Shown here piece by piece: positions 12,293-24,924 of a stretch of 64,000 nucleotides of DNA. The stretch is taken from positions 868,001 to 932,000 of the forward strand of contig JBLDXI010000032.1 in NCBI GenBank assembly GCA_047495785.1, read 5' to 3'. Source of the stretch: Lepidodermella squamata. Taxonomy: Eukaryota > Animalia > Gastrotricha. The position numbers and the translations under genes were made by a program. Each line of letters begins with the position of its first letter. Position 1 is the stretch's first letter. The notes beneath the pieces were generated by a model, which ran no database searches, was not told the DNA's origin, and was given only the letters and a program-made list of their open reading frames with translations.

Positions 12293-15200
12293 TCAATTAT
12301 CCTCGCAACAAATCAAATCATCTTTACAATTGTGGTACCAAGGAATGTTAGCGTCGTTAAAGCTTTCGGCGTCACAATTTTCTAGTTGCCGCATGGTGTA
12401 ACGAAGAACTTTGTCGTAGCCTAGAAATTGAAAGTAGCCGAAAAATGGAACTCGGGCTAGCAGAAACGGGAACCACAAGTGGTCATCCGGCCACATGGTA
12501 TCAAATGGCAGCTTGTCGAGATCGGTCGAAAACCAGGCAGGCCTCATTTCTAAAATAAAAAGAGCAAGTTCACAGAGTGTTGAAATCGGTAGACCGCCAT
12601 AACAGCAAGCAAATACCCAAAATAGCAAACGCGACAAAACAGCAGAAACACGGTGCATCGTACCAAGTTTCCGCTGTTTTGTCGCGAAATAAAAAATTTG
12701 CTGTTTTGTCGCATTCGCTTTTCTGTGAAGATGCTGTTTTGTCGCCGTATCAGAACGGGAGCTATGAGTGGTTAAAAAATTTAAATACAATTTGAGACAC
12801 ATTATGCACACGATGATTCGTATCCATCTTAAAAGCTGCAAATGTTAATTTGAAAAAATGTCAAGGCCACTAAAAGCATTTTGAATTCTTCTCCTGTGAT
12901 TTCGAAGTTATTTTTATTCATTTTTTTCGTAGTTCCGACGAGCCGCCTCATTTCAATCTCACCGAGCCTCAAAAACCTCGAAAGCACTCTATAAGAATTG
13001 TAAACCCTTCTGGCTTACTTCTCTTGTAGGATTTATCGCGAGCTTGACCGATGTGTCTGATGCTGTGAAATTTGGTGTGTATGCTGCTTCTCGTTCGGCT
13101 TTGGAAGACTTTAAGGATTTGTTTTGTTCGCGAATATGCATCATTCAACCGTAATTTCTCTTGCTCTGAGGACATTTCATATGCATCGACAACTCTGGCT
13201 CTCGACCATTACCACAAATTGCATCAACGAACTCCGTTTTCTGCGACAAAATTTGCCGAAAGCTCCAAGCTCGTGGTGTCAAGCCACCTACTCAGGGCAA
13301 CCTAAGCGAAACCTATTTCGCGTAATATCCACTCTCCATCTACAGTTCCACCTTGTGAGGTTGGTCTCCTTCCTTGGATTAATTAGGCTGATGGCGAGCC
13401 CGCTGAGCTCTGGTGCAACTAATGCGAGATCGATACTCACTCGACCCACTGTTTTCAAGGAACTACACCAAGGAACACCAAGACGCGAAAGTCACAAAAA
13501 ACAGTTCAAGCTAAATGTTGGTCATCAGCTAAGCATGTATTTCGCGAAAAACATTCCACTGATACTTGCATGGCCGAATTCACTTCGTTATGTTGTATTG
13601 AAAGTTGACCGCAGTGTAAAGTGCACTTTCAATGCGACCGCTGCGTTGAAAGTGCACTCTAAACGCAAACATGTCGTTTAAAGTGTACTTTCAACATTGA
13701 AAGTTCACAGCAATATCAAACGTGATTGGTTGTGAGACGCAGCCAATTGATCAATAAGCGCGTTGATCCTTTGAAGCCGCTTGTCATCAACGTTGAGCTC
13801 TACGGCGGAAATTTCACGAAAGATCATAACGTCAACTTGCGATTCGTCATAACTCGGTTGCTTGTTCCACATACTTAGTGGAACCAACGAATCCACAAAA
13901 TCGCTATTGGCTGGACTAAATTAAGTATAACGCCTTAGATCTGGTTTTAGACAGCAGGCGGATTTTAGGGCGCTAGGCCGAAGGCCGTTGCGCTCTAAAA
14001 TCCGCCAGCTGGATGAAACTGGATCTCAGGCGTTGTACTTTTTAATACGTGTCTGAAATAAAATCCGCTGAGCAGGACAGATCAATTTCCGAGATTGTAT
14101 TTTTGGACGTGTCCAAGAAATGGCTCTCACAAAATGACACCGGCTTATTTAATGATTAGTCACCGTCGATTGTTTCCATGTTTTAAATCACATGTCCGAG
14201 TGGTCCGATTAAGACAAGGTTAAGCAGGCGGCATGTTGGTCTAGTGATAATGAAAAGCCCGCGCTTGGCTTAACTAGTCATCTCATTTGGCGTTTATTAA
14301 TTTTGAATGCTACCAGCTATTTTTCTCACATTTTGGCATTCAAATTTCGTTAATAATCGAGCGTCGTCACGTCATTCAAAGTGACCAAGATGTGCTACTA
14401 AAGTAAGTTTGACTCTTTTTCAAGCGTTCCCAGAAGAATCGATAGGCCTTATTTTGCTAAAATCAATCATTTCTTACTTAGGCAATAAGATTGGCCTGAT
14501 TTCAACAATTTTGAGAAATTTATCAGCGTTATTTTGCGCCGGTAAATTTCGATTTATTGATTACTATCGATTTGTTTAAATTCTGCGGTACTCACAGTAT
14601 AGCTGTATCGAGGGCTATGGGCTGATTTTCTTATACCCTATTGATTTGATTCTTAGTTTGCCCAAATTCCTTTTCGCGCGAAAATACTTGTCCAAACCCC
14701 ACTTTTCATTTGTCACTAATCGAACCAGCTGCTTCTTGTCATAACATCTGGTAAAAAAGGTTTTTCTCGAGATGTTTTGGGCTCTAAGACAGCGTGTCCG
14801 ACACAATGATGGATTAATTTCAGGCAGGCCGATTTTTGAAGTCAGGAAGGCAGGACATCAAAAAATCGGCCTGCCTGAAATTAATCCATCATTGAGCAGG
14901 ACGCACTGTCTGAAATTGGAGCGAAGGCGGATTTTATTTCAGACATGTATTAAAATTTGTTGAAGCACGCGATTGGTTAGATTTTCCAGCATCTTGGCAT
15001 GTTATTTCTTGAAAAGCAAAAAAAATCTCAGAAAAACGCTGCTCGGTCACCACGAGTCGAACCCGGGAAATTCAGGTCAAGAAATAACACGCTAAGATGC
15101 TGGAAAATCTAACCAATCGCGTGCTTCAACAAATTTTAGTCCAGCCAATAGCGATTTTGTGGATTCGTTGGTTCCACTAAGTAGGTTGTTAATCGTTACT

Positions 15201-16597
15201 GTTCTTTTGCCAGCTGGACTCCGGTAGCGATGGCGCATTCTCGTAAGACCTGTCGGCTTGCTCTCGTGTTGCAATTTACGTCCCGTTTCTTTCTAGATGC
15301 CAGCCTTGAAATTCCCACCGGAACCATTGTGAACAAGCTCGCACCATCCCCATTGCCACCAAGAGAGCCGTTGTTGCCGTAAAAGTACATGGCGTTGGCT
15401 GTAATCTTGGCTGCTGTCTATACGCACCCAAAATTGTGACTCTAAATGGCTTACTCGTGGCGTTGAGTGCACTCGAGAGCAGTCATTTTGCCAAATTGCT
15501 ATCAAGTCGAAGGTAGCAATGGATATATGTCGAAATAATGTGTTTCATCGCTCTACCAGATTTCGGATTTTTAGTCCGTTTCACTCGGATATATTATCAT
15601 CTCCATGTTCGGAGCTATTCGCCGATTTGTTTCTTCGATACTCGCAGAATTTCCAAAGCACAAGGCCGAATAGTGACGAATCTTGCGTGCTAATAGTCGA
15701 CGGACATATCAGCCATTTTTCCGTTGCGGCCCTTACAATTTGGAGTACGGTGTTTCATCGCTCTTCTGGATAAACAATGCAAACTTAGGTCCTTTTTCGG
15801 CCATTCAACATTCTTAACGCTAAAATTTCCTACATCGCTCATTTATTATAATTTCCGTGTTCGGAGACCTTGTATTTGAAAATGGGCTGTTTATACTGCC
15901 CCAGAAAAGACAATTATTGACAGGTTTATTGCGAAACGGACAAATCCTTGACGCTTCAGGTTCGTATTATTCAATAGCCTGCAGGCAAAAATCGGCGGCA
16001 TTCTAATATCCTCAAAAAAACGCCCACAACCGAAACGGGAAATTTAGACAGGTGCGGATTTATTGCTATTTGCCTTCCGGGAAATTCCGTAAACACTTGC
16101 CCTCAGGAAGTATTTACGCTTATAAAACAAAATCGATACATTTTGGAACTTGTCCAATATTTGGACGATTCTAGATATTTTAAAGATCGAGAAATTTGAT
16201 GGCGAAAGCGACTTACCATCGGACTCAGTGACAATCCCTGAGTATTTATCAGTCGTGAAAACGTGAACATCCATCCAAATAGGATCTCCAACAAATTCAA
16301 AATGAATCCGGCCAACTTGCTGCATATCCTTCTCTTCAACAATCAGCCCAGATTCTTCATGAAGTTCCCTGAAAATTCGAAAAAAATCACAAAATCCGCC
16401 TTAATTTTTCGCTGATCACACCTTATCGCAGCTGCTTTAATCGTTTCCTGAGGTTCAACTTTACCGCCGAAACCGTTGTACCTCCCAGCTCCAAAGCCGC
16501 GTTTTTTCATGCCCAACAAAACTTCTTTCCGCGTGGCATCTTTAAACGCGAAACACAGCGTTAACGTCTTCAAGGTTGGTCTTATCGAAGAACTCAT
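12293..16597 (-). CDS. NUDT1: Oxidized purine nucleoside triphosphatase MTH1 (Nudix); exons 16597-16422, 16368-16217, 12549-12293
   Basis: [34 protein letters not shown]|ELHEESGL (Nudix box GX5EX7REUXEEXGU), FEFVG..MDVHVF, ESD|EMRPAWF...[17 protein letters not shown]...FFGYFQF are MTH1 signature segments. Intron 2 is ~3.67 kb. Confidence 0.95.
12588..12750. repeat. Small inverted-repeat (MITE-like) element built of GCGACAAAACAGC motifs
   Basis: One forward copy (~12632) and three reverse copies (GCTGTTTTGTCGC ~12673, ~12700, ~12733) inside NUDT1 intron 2. Confidence 0.55.
13597..13705. repeat. Cluster of palindromic TTGAAAGTGCACTTTCAA-type motifs
   Basis: AAAGTGCACTTTCAA, TTGAAAGTGCACTCT, AAAGTGTACTTTCAA and TTGAAAGTT repeated within 110 bp. 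Confidence 0.6.
13872..15183. mobile_element. 1.3-kb non-autonomous fold-back DNA element with ~48-bp perfect TIRs, TA at both ends, nested hairpins and a tRNA-like B box
   Basis: TACTTAGTGGAACCAACGAATCCACAAAATCGCTATTGGCTGGACTAAA (13872-13920) is the reverse complement of 15135-15183. Internal hairpins at ~13927-14037, ~14790-14910 and ~14952-15138, plus an IR pair at ~14042-14068 / ~14927-14953. Confidence 0.88.
15600..15750 (+). mobile_element. pogo/Tigger (DDE_1) transposase remnant
   Basis: [10 protein letters not shown]...[14 protein letters not shown] matches the LLIxDGHxSH motif around the second catalytic Asp of pogo/CENP-B-like transposases. No full ORF. Confidence 0.6.
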
Positions 16598-17628
16598 CAA
16601 AAGCCTATTTCAAGAAAACACAATTTCTCAAGTAAAAAAGTTTTATTAACCAACGATAGACTCGTTTTTTTTCCAATCGATCCAACTTGTAGCTATGTAA
16701 TAAATAGACTCTTGTGAACAACAAATCGTCTTCCCTCGCTTCGATATTTCGCACGGTAATCATTATATGTATACAAAAGGCAAATAGCTAGGGCGGCGGT
16801 ATATGCGATGCTTTCGCTGTTCGAGCAACATTCAACAGAGATAACAACACCATTTCTGATCATCGATTATGACTGAGACAGGGTGTTTGAATCTTGCGAA
16901 TTGAGAGGTCATATAATAGCAATAATTACAATAATATCGACAACAAGAACGAAAAAGAATGAAAACGAAAGAGTGGCGAGGTGCTCACGCCTTTTCAAGT
17001 CGTTTCAAATTGTACATTGATAAAACTTGCGTAAGTGAATTGATTAATTATAAAAGAGAACCAACCAACGGCTGGGTTTTCGAGGGAAAGAAATGAGAGA
17101 GAAGCAGAGACATGGACTTCCCGACGTCATCGAGTTGAATGATTGATAGAAAATACTAATTGAAATATATTATGATAAAACAATGTTTTTACATTTTTCA
17201 AAACATTCGCTAATCAAATAATAATAATAATAATATTGATATTAAATAAATTAATGAGAAATTTATTACACGTGACACATAAAACAGCCGTGTCATAGAA
17301 AAATTTTGATCAGCCTTAAACTAAGACCCAGAATTTTTAATTAGGGAATCGAAAATAAAATAAAAGTTGAGAAACAAAAAATTTAAAATTGTTGAAATTT
17401 AAAAAAATCAAATTTTTGGAATTTCGAAATTTCTGAAAAAAATCAGAAATTTAAATTCGGATTTTTTATATTCTCATCATTTTTTATTTTGAATATTTAA
17501 ATTTTTTAAATCCCAAATTTCAAAGTTAATATACTGATTTTTCTAAAAATTCTGGAGTGTTTGCTCTGATCGAAATTTTTCTATGAAAAAAGGAGAAAAT
17601 AGCTAGGCAGCTATAGTAAGGGTGAAAC

Positions 17629-20600
17629 TCATAGCACAACAGCGCCTTGCCGCGGCAACTGGCGCCTCGGTTTATTCGCATCGTCGATAAGGCCGGGCTG
17701 CATCGGAAGCTGGTTCATAGCCGGGTTGTACATGCCGCCGCCGCCTGCCTGCTGCTGGCGTTGATGCGGTATTAGAACACCCTGCGGCTGCGCGTGCTCT
17801 CTGATGGGCGGCCGGTCGTCGCCAAACTCCTGGCTCAAAAACTCGTGCTTATCCTGACCGGAAGGTATAGCCCGCGGGACATTGGCGCCCATGTGCTGCT
17901 GCTGCGGATTCATCATCATCATCATCCCACCAGCCGGGTTCATCGCCATTTGCTGGCCCATTTGCTGCATTTGCATCTGCATCTGCATTTGCATCTGCAT
18001 GAGCTGTTGCGGTGTCATTTGCGTAGGGATGATGCCGGGTCGTAGGGCCGGATTGCCGCCCGGCATCATCGGCAGCCCAGGTTGTTGCGGTAAATTAGCG
18101 AACGAGCCTTGCGGCGCAATGGCGCCCGGGAATGTGCCGCGATTCGCCGCCGCCGCCGCTGCTGCTTGAGCCAACGCCGCTGCCGGGTTTCCAGTACCAC
18201 CCGCTGTCAAATGTGCAGCCGCCTTAAATTAACGAAAAATAAAAGAAATAAAATTAACATAAAAGGGTACATATCAAACCATAACTATCGCAAACAATAT
18301 CAGGAATTAAGCTTCAAACCCAACTAAAAAGATCAGCGAAATTATTCGATTTTTCTTAAAATTTTGCGTTTATATTCAAAATCCGCCGGGGTGGGTTGAA
18401 TACAATGGGGTATTGGGCTAATCCTCGTCATTTTCTTCGTCTTCGTCACGTGGAATCGGAATGTTGTGCTTCGATTTAGGCCGTTCAGTTATTCCAGTTT
18501 GCTTCTTCAGCCAATCTACATCTACGCCCAACTTCTCTAGAGCCTATATGGGGATATTGTGAAAACACATTTGTATTGAAAAATTGAAGAAAAAAGCTAA
18601 ACAATATTATTTTTTCATTTGATTGCATCAACATTTGTGTCGAAGTTATCAAGCACGAAATTTGCAGAAATTTCAGCAATAGATTCTAATTTGAGAGAAT
18701 GAAGACAAGCATTCAGATTTTGCTTTTAAGGGCGCAACTAATTAGACAGAAACCATTTTTTACCATCTTTGGTGTGATCAGAAAATTTCTCTAAATAAAA
18801 TGAAGATCAATGCGTTTTTTCATCTGTCCAAATTATCGAAAGATAAACCTGAGAAATTAAACAACAAAATATTTGCGAAACACAACCTATTTTTACTGCA
18901 AAACACATATTAACATATAATATCCGTTCTTTCAGTCTGATTCCGGATGTGAATGTTTTCGCAAAACTGTCAAACGACTTTCCTTTTCTGCCATTCTAAT
19001 AAATACCCTGAGCGAATTAAGAGACAAATTATGAAGTGGATCCCAGATATAAATTTTTCCACTGAAAACTGACCGAAATTTAGAATTCGAAAAAGTTATT
19101 TAATAAGATGGAATTCAGATAAAAATTTTAACAGAATGTCGAAATACTATAAAATTACTATATTTTATAGTATTTCTTTTTTTACTTAACTATAAAATTA
19201 TATAGAATTACTATAAAAATATTTGAAAACTGCAATAAAAAAATAAAAAAATTACAAATCACTTCACCAATTTAGGATGGATTTTTAGTTAGAACGGTTG
19301 ATTAAAAATATCCTGCAAATTTGAATTTTCAAAATTTTTCAAATTATATAACACATTTTTCATGAGGCTGTCGAAAATAGCCAAAAATTCGAGGGCATTC
19401 TTTCATCAATTTTGAGTTAAGATTCCCCCTTTGCTTGATATTTAGACGAAGAAAATTGATGAAATTTGACATACCGCTGCTGCAGCAGCAGCTGCCGCCT
19501 GAGCAGCCTGTTGCTTCATGAGCGCGGCCGCTTCAGGGTGACTAGCCCGCCAGTAGGCCTCCAAGAACTCAGCGAGATGCTCGCACGCATCTTCAAGTTG
19601 ATTCTCATCGAGCACCACGTCGAACATTGTCGGATTGCATTGAGCCAGTTTTTCAGCCGCCACCAGCTGCACGTTCATGTTACGCGCCTGCGACTTGCCG
19701 CGGCTCTTAATCAGCCGCTGTAACACCTTAGGCGAGGTAATTTTCACGTAGACCAGAATCGGCGCCAGTGACGTTTTCTGCAACTGGCTCGGGTGGTTGA
19801 TTGTATCGCAGTCGAGTACGACTAGCTGCATGCTGCGCGCCAGTTCGAAGATGCGCTCGATTTCGGCCTGCACTTCGGCCATACTCGAGTTTCTCGCGTT
19901 TCGGTCGAGTAGAACGCGCTTGTTCTGATTGTTGAGGACGCTGCGCTTAGCCAGCGATATGTCCGTTGTTACTCGTGTTATTGTCACGCGGCCTTCGAAT
20001 CGCCGTTTCACAAAGTCGAACAAGGCTTTCTATAATTGAAAATAACAAAAAATCAAAAACTGAAACAGATTTCCTAAAACTTCGATAGATCGAACGCTAA
20101 TTGAATTTCTCAAATTTGTCTCCTATTTCAAATGAGTTTTTCCTCGTCACGGAGACTGAATTCTCAGCAATTTCCTTTTATTTCAGAATTTTTTTTCAGA
20201 AATTAACTAGAACTTGAGTAAGGAGTAGTAAGGATAAAAAGTACGAACCTGCATCATGTCTGTCACTTCGAAGCCTTTTAGCGAAGGTCCGATAAGGCAC
20301 AACGGACGCATGTTTGGAACAACCTCGTACGGCGGCACGTTGGCTCCTTTCTTGAAGAAGGTCTTCTTCGCAGCAGCTGAGCCACCTTTCGCACCGTTCT
20401 CACCCTCGCCGCCCTCGCCACCACCGGCGGCTGGGTCTGACGCGGCCGTGTCGCCACGGGCCAGTTTCATACGGCTGCCGCCGGCTGACGAACCGCCGGC
20501 CGCTGCTGCGGCTTGACGGATCATTTCGAGGCGGGCGGGCGATGGCACGAAGCCTAACTCACAGCCCTCTTTCACGAGCCGCCCGATCCACCAATTATTG

Positions 20601-23050
20601 CTAAATTTCTCCTTTATGTGCAAAAACTCGCGAACACCGAACGACACGCCCATTCCTAAAATTAAATCAGAAAATATTTAAGAAAAACCGGGTCAAAACC
20701 GTCTTTGTTCCCCATTATTAATTCATTTCAATATTTCTTCTATGTAATTTGTACACAGAAATATCTAAAATCAGATTTTGAGAAAAGGCCTAAATACCCA
20801 AAAATCGAACCCAACATGAAGCGAATGGGATACAAATTATCTTCTTGGTTTCAAATTTCAAAAATATAAATTTGTTTTCTCATTAATTTTCTGCGATTTC
20901 CAGCAAACTTTCAGGTCAAATTAAGTCACTCTATTCCACTATTTCTTTCGTAAATAGTTAGAGCTCCTAGGGCTCAATCCCATGATTCCATGCAAAAAAT
21001 CTGCAGTGACAATCAACAGAAAGGCACGATGGATTTAATTTGATTTTTGATAAAATTTAGCGAGATAAGGCTTCCTTTTAACTCAAAAAGGACCAGAATG
21101 ATGATTCACAAAAAAGGACGCATGAAGAAAGTAGAACGGTTGATAAAATTTAAAATATCTGATTGTATTTATGATTGAAACTAGGACATTTTTCCTAGAA
21201 GACAAAAAATCAAAGAAAAAATGAGCAGCGTCCGCTGTCTGTCCGAGCTGAATTCTCATTTTTGGTTAATTCGGCATTGGAAACTAAGCTTGAATTTCGA
21301 TTTAAATACAATCCAACCGCGTGAGAGACATTCTTAGATTCCGGTCACAAAATTCCTTAATTTTCGCAACTGCTGAATTTCAATGTAGATAGCCTTCCAA
21401 ATAAGAAAAATCATCGCCGAAAATTGGCTCATTCAATTTCTATTATATTGAGCGGTTCTTTCAAGAGAAGGTATCAGAGAATGAGACGTATCCCCATATC
21501 AAAAAATTAGTTAATTGTGACCCCGGATTCCGGGATAAGTGTAAGTGAGCGTCTGTGATTTCAATGCTGCTGAGCTATACAAAGCCTATTATTACAATTA
21601 TTATTAATGAGTGTACATTTAAAAAATTTCACTGCAGTGAAGAGGAGGTCAGGATTAGATCACTTGGCTCATTGGCTTAAAATTCCTAGAATTACCCAAA
21701 TTTTAGAATTTTAGAGCAAATGAATCCAACTTCAATCAGCGACTAATTTTGAAAATAATAATAACCTTTGATAGGCACGTCGTCGTCTGTGGAAGCATCG
21801 TAGGCAACGTTGGTTCGAACGGCGAAAGCGACTGGTTTCGCCCTGGCTCGTTCCAACTGGGTACTCGCCTGCTGTTCAATCTCTCGTCGGCCTCCTCCAC
21901 TCGTGGCGCCGTCATTGCCAAAATTTCCGCCACCACCACCGCCTCCAAATAAATTGTCATCGCCGCCTAAATCTACACTCGACGGGTGGCTATCAGCGGA
22001 ACCCTGAAAAAAATTAATCAAAGAAAAAATTAAATAAGGAAAACGAATTGTAGGTGAAATCCAAGCGGTAAATTCTGAATAAACGTGTTAGCAGCTGCGG
22101 TGCTATGTTAAATGATTCTGATCTGCTCATTTCGGGGCACAAAAGCCGTGACTAACCGCTTGTTCACCCAATTTAGGCGTGTCTTTAGACGAGCTTTTCA
22201 TTGCCAGTAGTCACTCATTTGACTCGGACAGAAACCAGAGATAAAACCGTTCTCTTCGTTAAATGCATCAACGTGTCTATACAGGGATGGCATGAAACAG
22301 AAATCCAGAAAATTTTGCTTTCTGAATAAAATAAAAGGGAAAAAATCAGTGGCTTATTGAGGAATAAGTGACAGCTTTCATCTAATAGGCGATAATGTTT
22401 TTTCGACTCAGTTGATTTGGCAGGATGAAAGAAGTGTGGTATTAATAACTGGCATCTAAGAATTTTCGCCTACGAATATTTGTATACACAATATATATTT
22501 ATAGTGCGGTCAATGTTGTAAAATTCAGTATATAAGGCCAGCGCATGCAAGGCGCCTCAATACTCGATGTGGTACATGCAAATATATAAGGCAAAGATAT
22601 AATATATGTAAAACACAGGGCACGTATTGGAAATTTCTAGCTCGCGCAGGCAAGTACTATCAAAAAATCGATTAAAACGCCGTCGTGCATAAACACATAG
22701 TAATGATTTTTCTAATAAAATATTGCGCTATTTTTTCGGCTTACAATGCGTGATGTGCATATCATTGAATCGAATCCCACTTGGGACACAACATAACAGA
22801 GCTAACTGACAACAGAATAGCCGTAAAAACAACAATAAAAAGGTGCCAGTTTTTGCTATAAACACGCGGGGGTGTAATTTGTGACTCAAGTGTCACATCT
22901 CTTGAGTAATGCAATTATTGACGTATTTTGCGGGGCCAATTTATCCGGAAAAAAAATCAACCGGCATGCAAAAACCACGGCAACACTTGCCTGTCTAATC
23001 ATGTATGACGTAGATGAGTCCGATAGTGAGGCATCGTGCCTTAGACCTTT
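17629..23050 (-). CDS. CACNB: Voltage-gated calcium channel beta subunit (SH3 + guanylate kinase-like); exons 23050-22991, 22003-21766, 20655-20249, 20029-19475, 18222-17629; first exon(s) not located
   Basis: SYMIRQ|[58 protein letters not shown]...[14 protein letters not shown]|[56 protein letters not shown] are near-invariant CaVbeta motifs. Confidence 0.96.
18418..18543 (-). CDS. Candidate alternative terminal exon of CACNB ([41 protein letters not shown])
   Basis: TAG acceptor at 18544-18546, phase 0 matching the donor at 19474. Open 42-codon frame with coding-like composition inside AT-rich intron DNA. Confidence 0.55.
   Translation of the reverse strand, partial: ALEKLGVDVDWLKKQTGITERPKSKHNIPIPRDEDEENDED
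21443..21590 (+). repeat. Dispersed ~147-bp repeat, copy 1
   Basis: ATATTGAGCGGTTCTTTCAAGAGAAGGTATCAGAGAATGAGACGTATCCC...GTAAGTGAGCGTCTGTGATTTCAATGCTGCTG is nearly identical to 24778-24924. Confidence 0.9.
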
Positions 23051-24777
23051 CTGGAAACCGACCGTTCTACCCTTTATTTAGGTACAGAGAAAAAAATCAA
23101 TTTCAATTGCACTCGATAAAAGGAGAATACAAATACGAGCTGTCATGCCAAAACGATAATTTTTTCGTATAATATAACTTACATGAGGAGCGCTCATGAT
23201 CGCGTTTAGTTCGTAAAAAAATTTGCGCTAAGACAAATTACATTACAGGCCGATAAACGTCGGCGCTCTCTAAAATTAGGGTCGAACAAATAATGGAGAA
23301 ATTAATCGAGTACAAAACAAAAGTTATCGTTTCGTTTCATGTTCCACAAAACTCAGGTAGAAAAAAATTAGGGAGTAATGAGGTTGCTGGCCATCCCTTT
23401 TCTAGAAGTAGCGACCAGTGCAGAGGATAGGAAGAAGAACACGAGAAAAAAAGAGCTAGAATAAGGCAATAAATGTATTATATGGCAAGCAGATTTACGA
23501 AGCAAGTGGCGGCTGCTGAAGGCAGCAAGAAGCATAGCATTAAGCCTATATACAGATATATAAATTCTATATTAATGCTGCAGCTACAGCATCACTATAG
23601 AAATGCGCGCAGTTCTTCGGTAGATGCGTATATAGCATTATTGTGCGATGCGTATAGACAGGAAGGAGGAATAAGGCAGCGGAAGCCATCGCTCTATGGG
23701 AATGATATATATTGAACGTTTCATACCATACTTGAATTCACACCAGTGTACAGCATATGGACTAGCGCCGTCGTACTCTGAACATGTACTTCCAGGCTGT
23801 TGAAAAGCCCAGCCCGGCGTCAATCAACGGTTACGCAGTGCCTCATACAATATTATACTCCCCGGTTTTATTATTATCATTATTATCATTATAACCATCT
23901 TTATTGTGTAATAATAGGTAGCTTCATTTATCGGACCGGCGGCTAAGAAAACGCGCACTTCTCCTCTAGGTTAACGCTCGAGCAGCCGACGGCGGCCGCA
24001 GATACGGATACCAGGTAACCGAACAGCCGCTATCACGTGGTAAATCATTGGTGCGCAGACAATAATTCCGACACACCCGGGATGTTCGCCGATCGAGGTT
24101 AGTAGGTGCGATGTAGTGTAATTTGCGCTGTGTATATGCGTAAACACGCAGGAATTTCTTTCGCAACACTGTGCGTCAAGCAGCATGCGTTTGTTTCCGT
24201 AAAAAACCATCGAATATTATTTTGTTTACATGGCAACTAATTGAATTAGCGAAAAATTGGTCAGAGTTATATAAAACCATCGTTAGTTTGTTTGCCCGGC
24301 TGCAATTTCAGCGTAATTTGCAATGTCCAAAATAAGGAAAAATATATATAAACTTTCGCGATTGAGAATATTATACGCCGAAAAATCCAATGATTACCTG
24401 TAATATCGAATATCGAATCGTGCCAGGTTCAGTCCAATCAACCAAACGTTAATTTCAAGAATCAATAAATGGTGAATGACGCGCGTAATCTTTTTATAAC
24501 TACTAGGCCTGAAAATAAATAAAATAGTAAGCATTTGTAAACAAAAATTAAAAACATGTAATATGTAGTGCAAGAATTGACGATCCTGTGAACCTTGACG
24601 CATAGTGGTTTCGGCAAATAGAATAATTCTCGAATTGGATGAGCACAATAGAGTGCGCACTGCCCTACTAAAGAGATCGCAACGTGCGAACGAAAGGCGA
24701 AGGGGACCCGTCGCCTGCTTCACTCGCGCACGATATGATGGAACAACAGCAAGTAGGTAACATATTTTTCAAATTCT

Positions 24778-24924
24778 ATAATATTGAGCGGTTCTTTCAA
24801 GAGAAGGTATCAGAGAATGAGACGTATCCCATATCAAAAAATTAGTTCATTCTGACCCCGGATTCTGGAATAAGTGTAAGTGAGCGTCTGTGATTTCAAT
24901 GCTGCTGCGCTATACAAAACCTAT
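24778..24924 (+). repeat. Dispersed ~147-bp repeat, copy 2 (same orientation)
   Basis: Near-identical to 21443-21590. Confidence 0.9.

Noticed and set aside
13124-13681. 185-aa ORF nested in the NUDT1 intron
   Set aside because: Non-ATG start, runs into a palindromic repeat, no recognisable domain.
15190-15505. Minus-strand coding-like stretch with RKKR site (possible env or neuropeptide relic) interrupted by the fold-back element
   Set aside because: Multiple stops and no recognisable family motif.
17794-18169. CICICICIC / HLHLHL ORFs resembling metal-binding peptides
   Set aside because: Antisense shadows of the CACNB QMQMQM tail.
23473-24730. Candidate first exons of CACNB
   Set aside because: Several ATG/donor options but none with recognisable homology or clear phase support.
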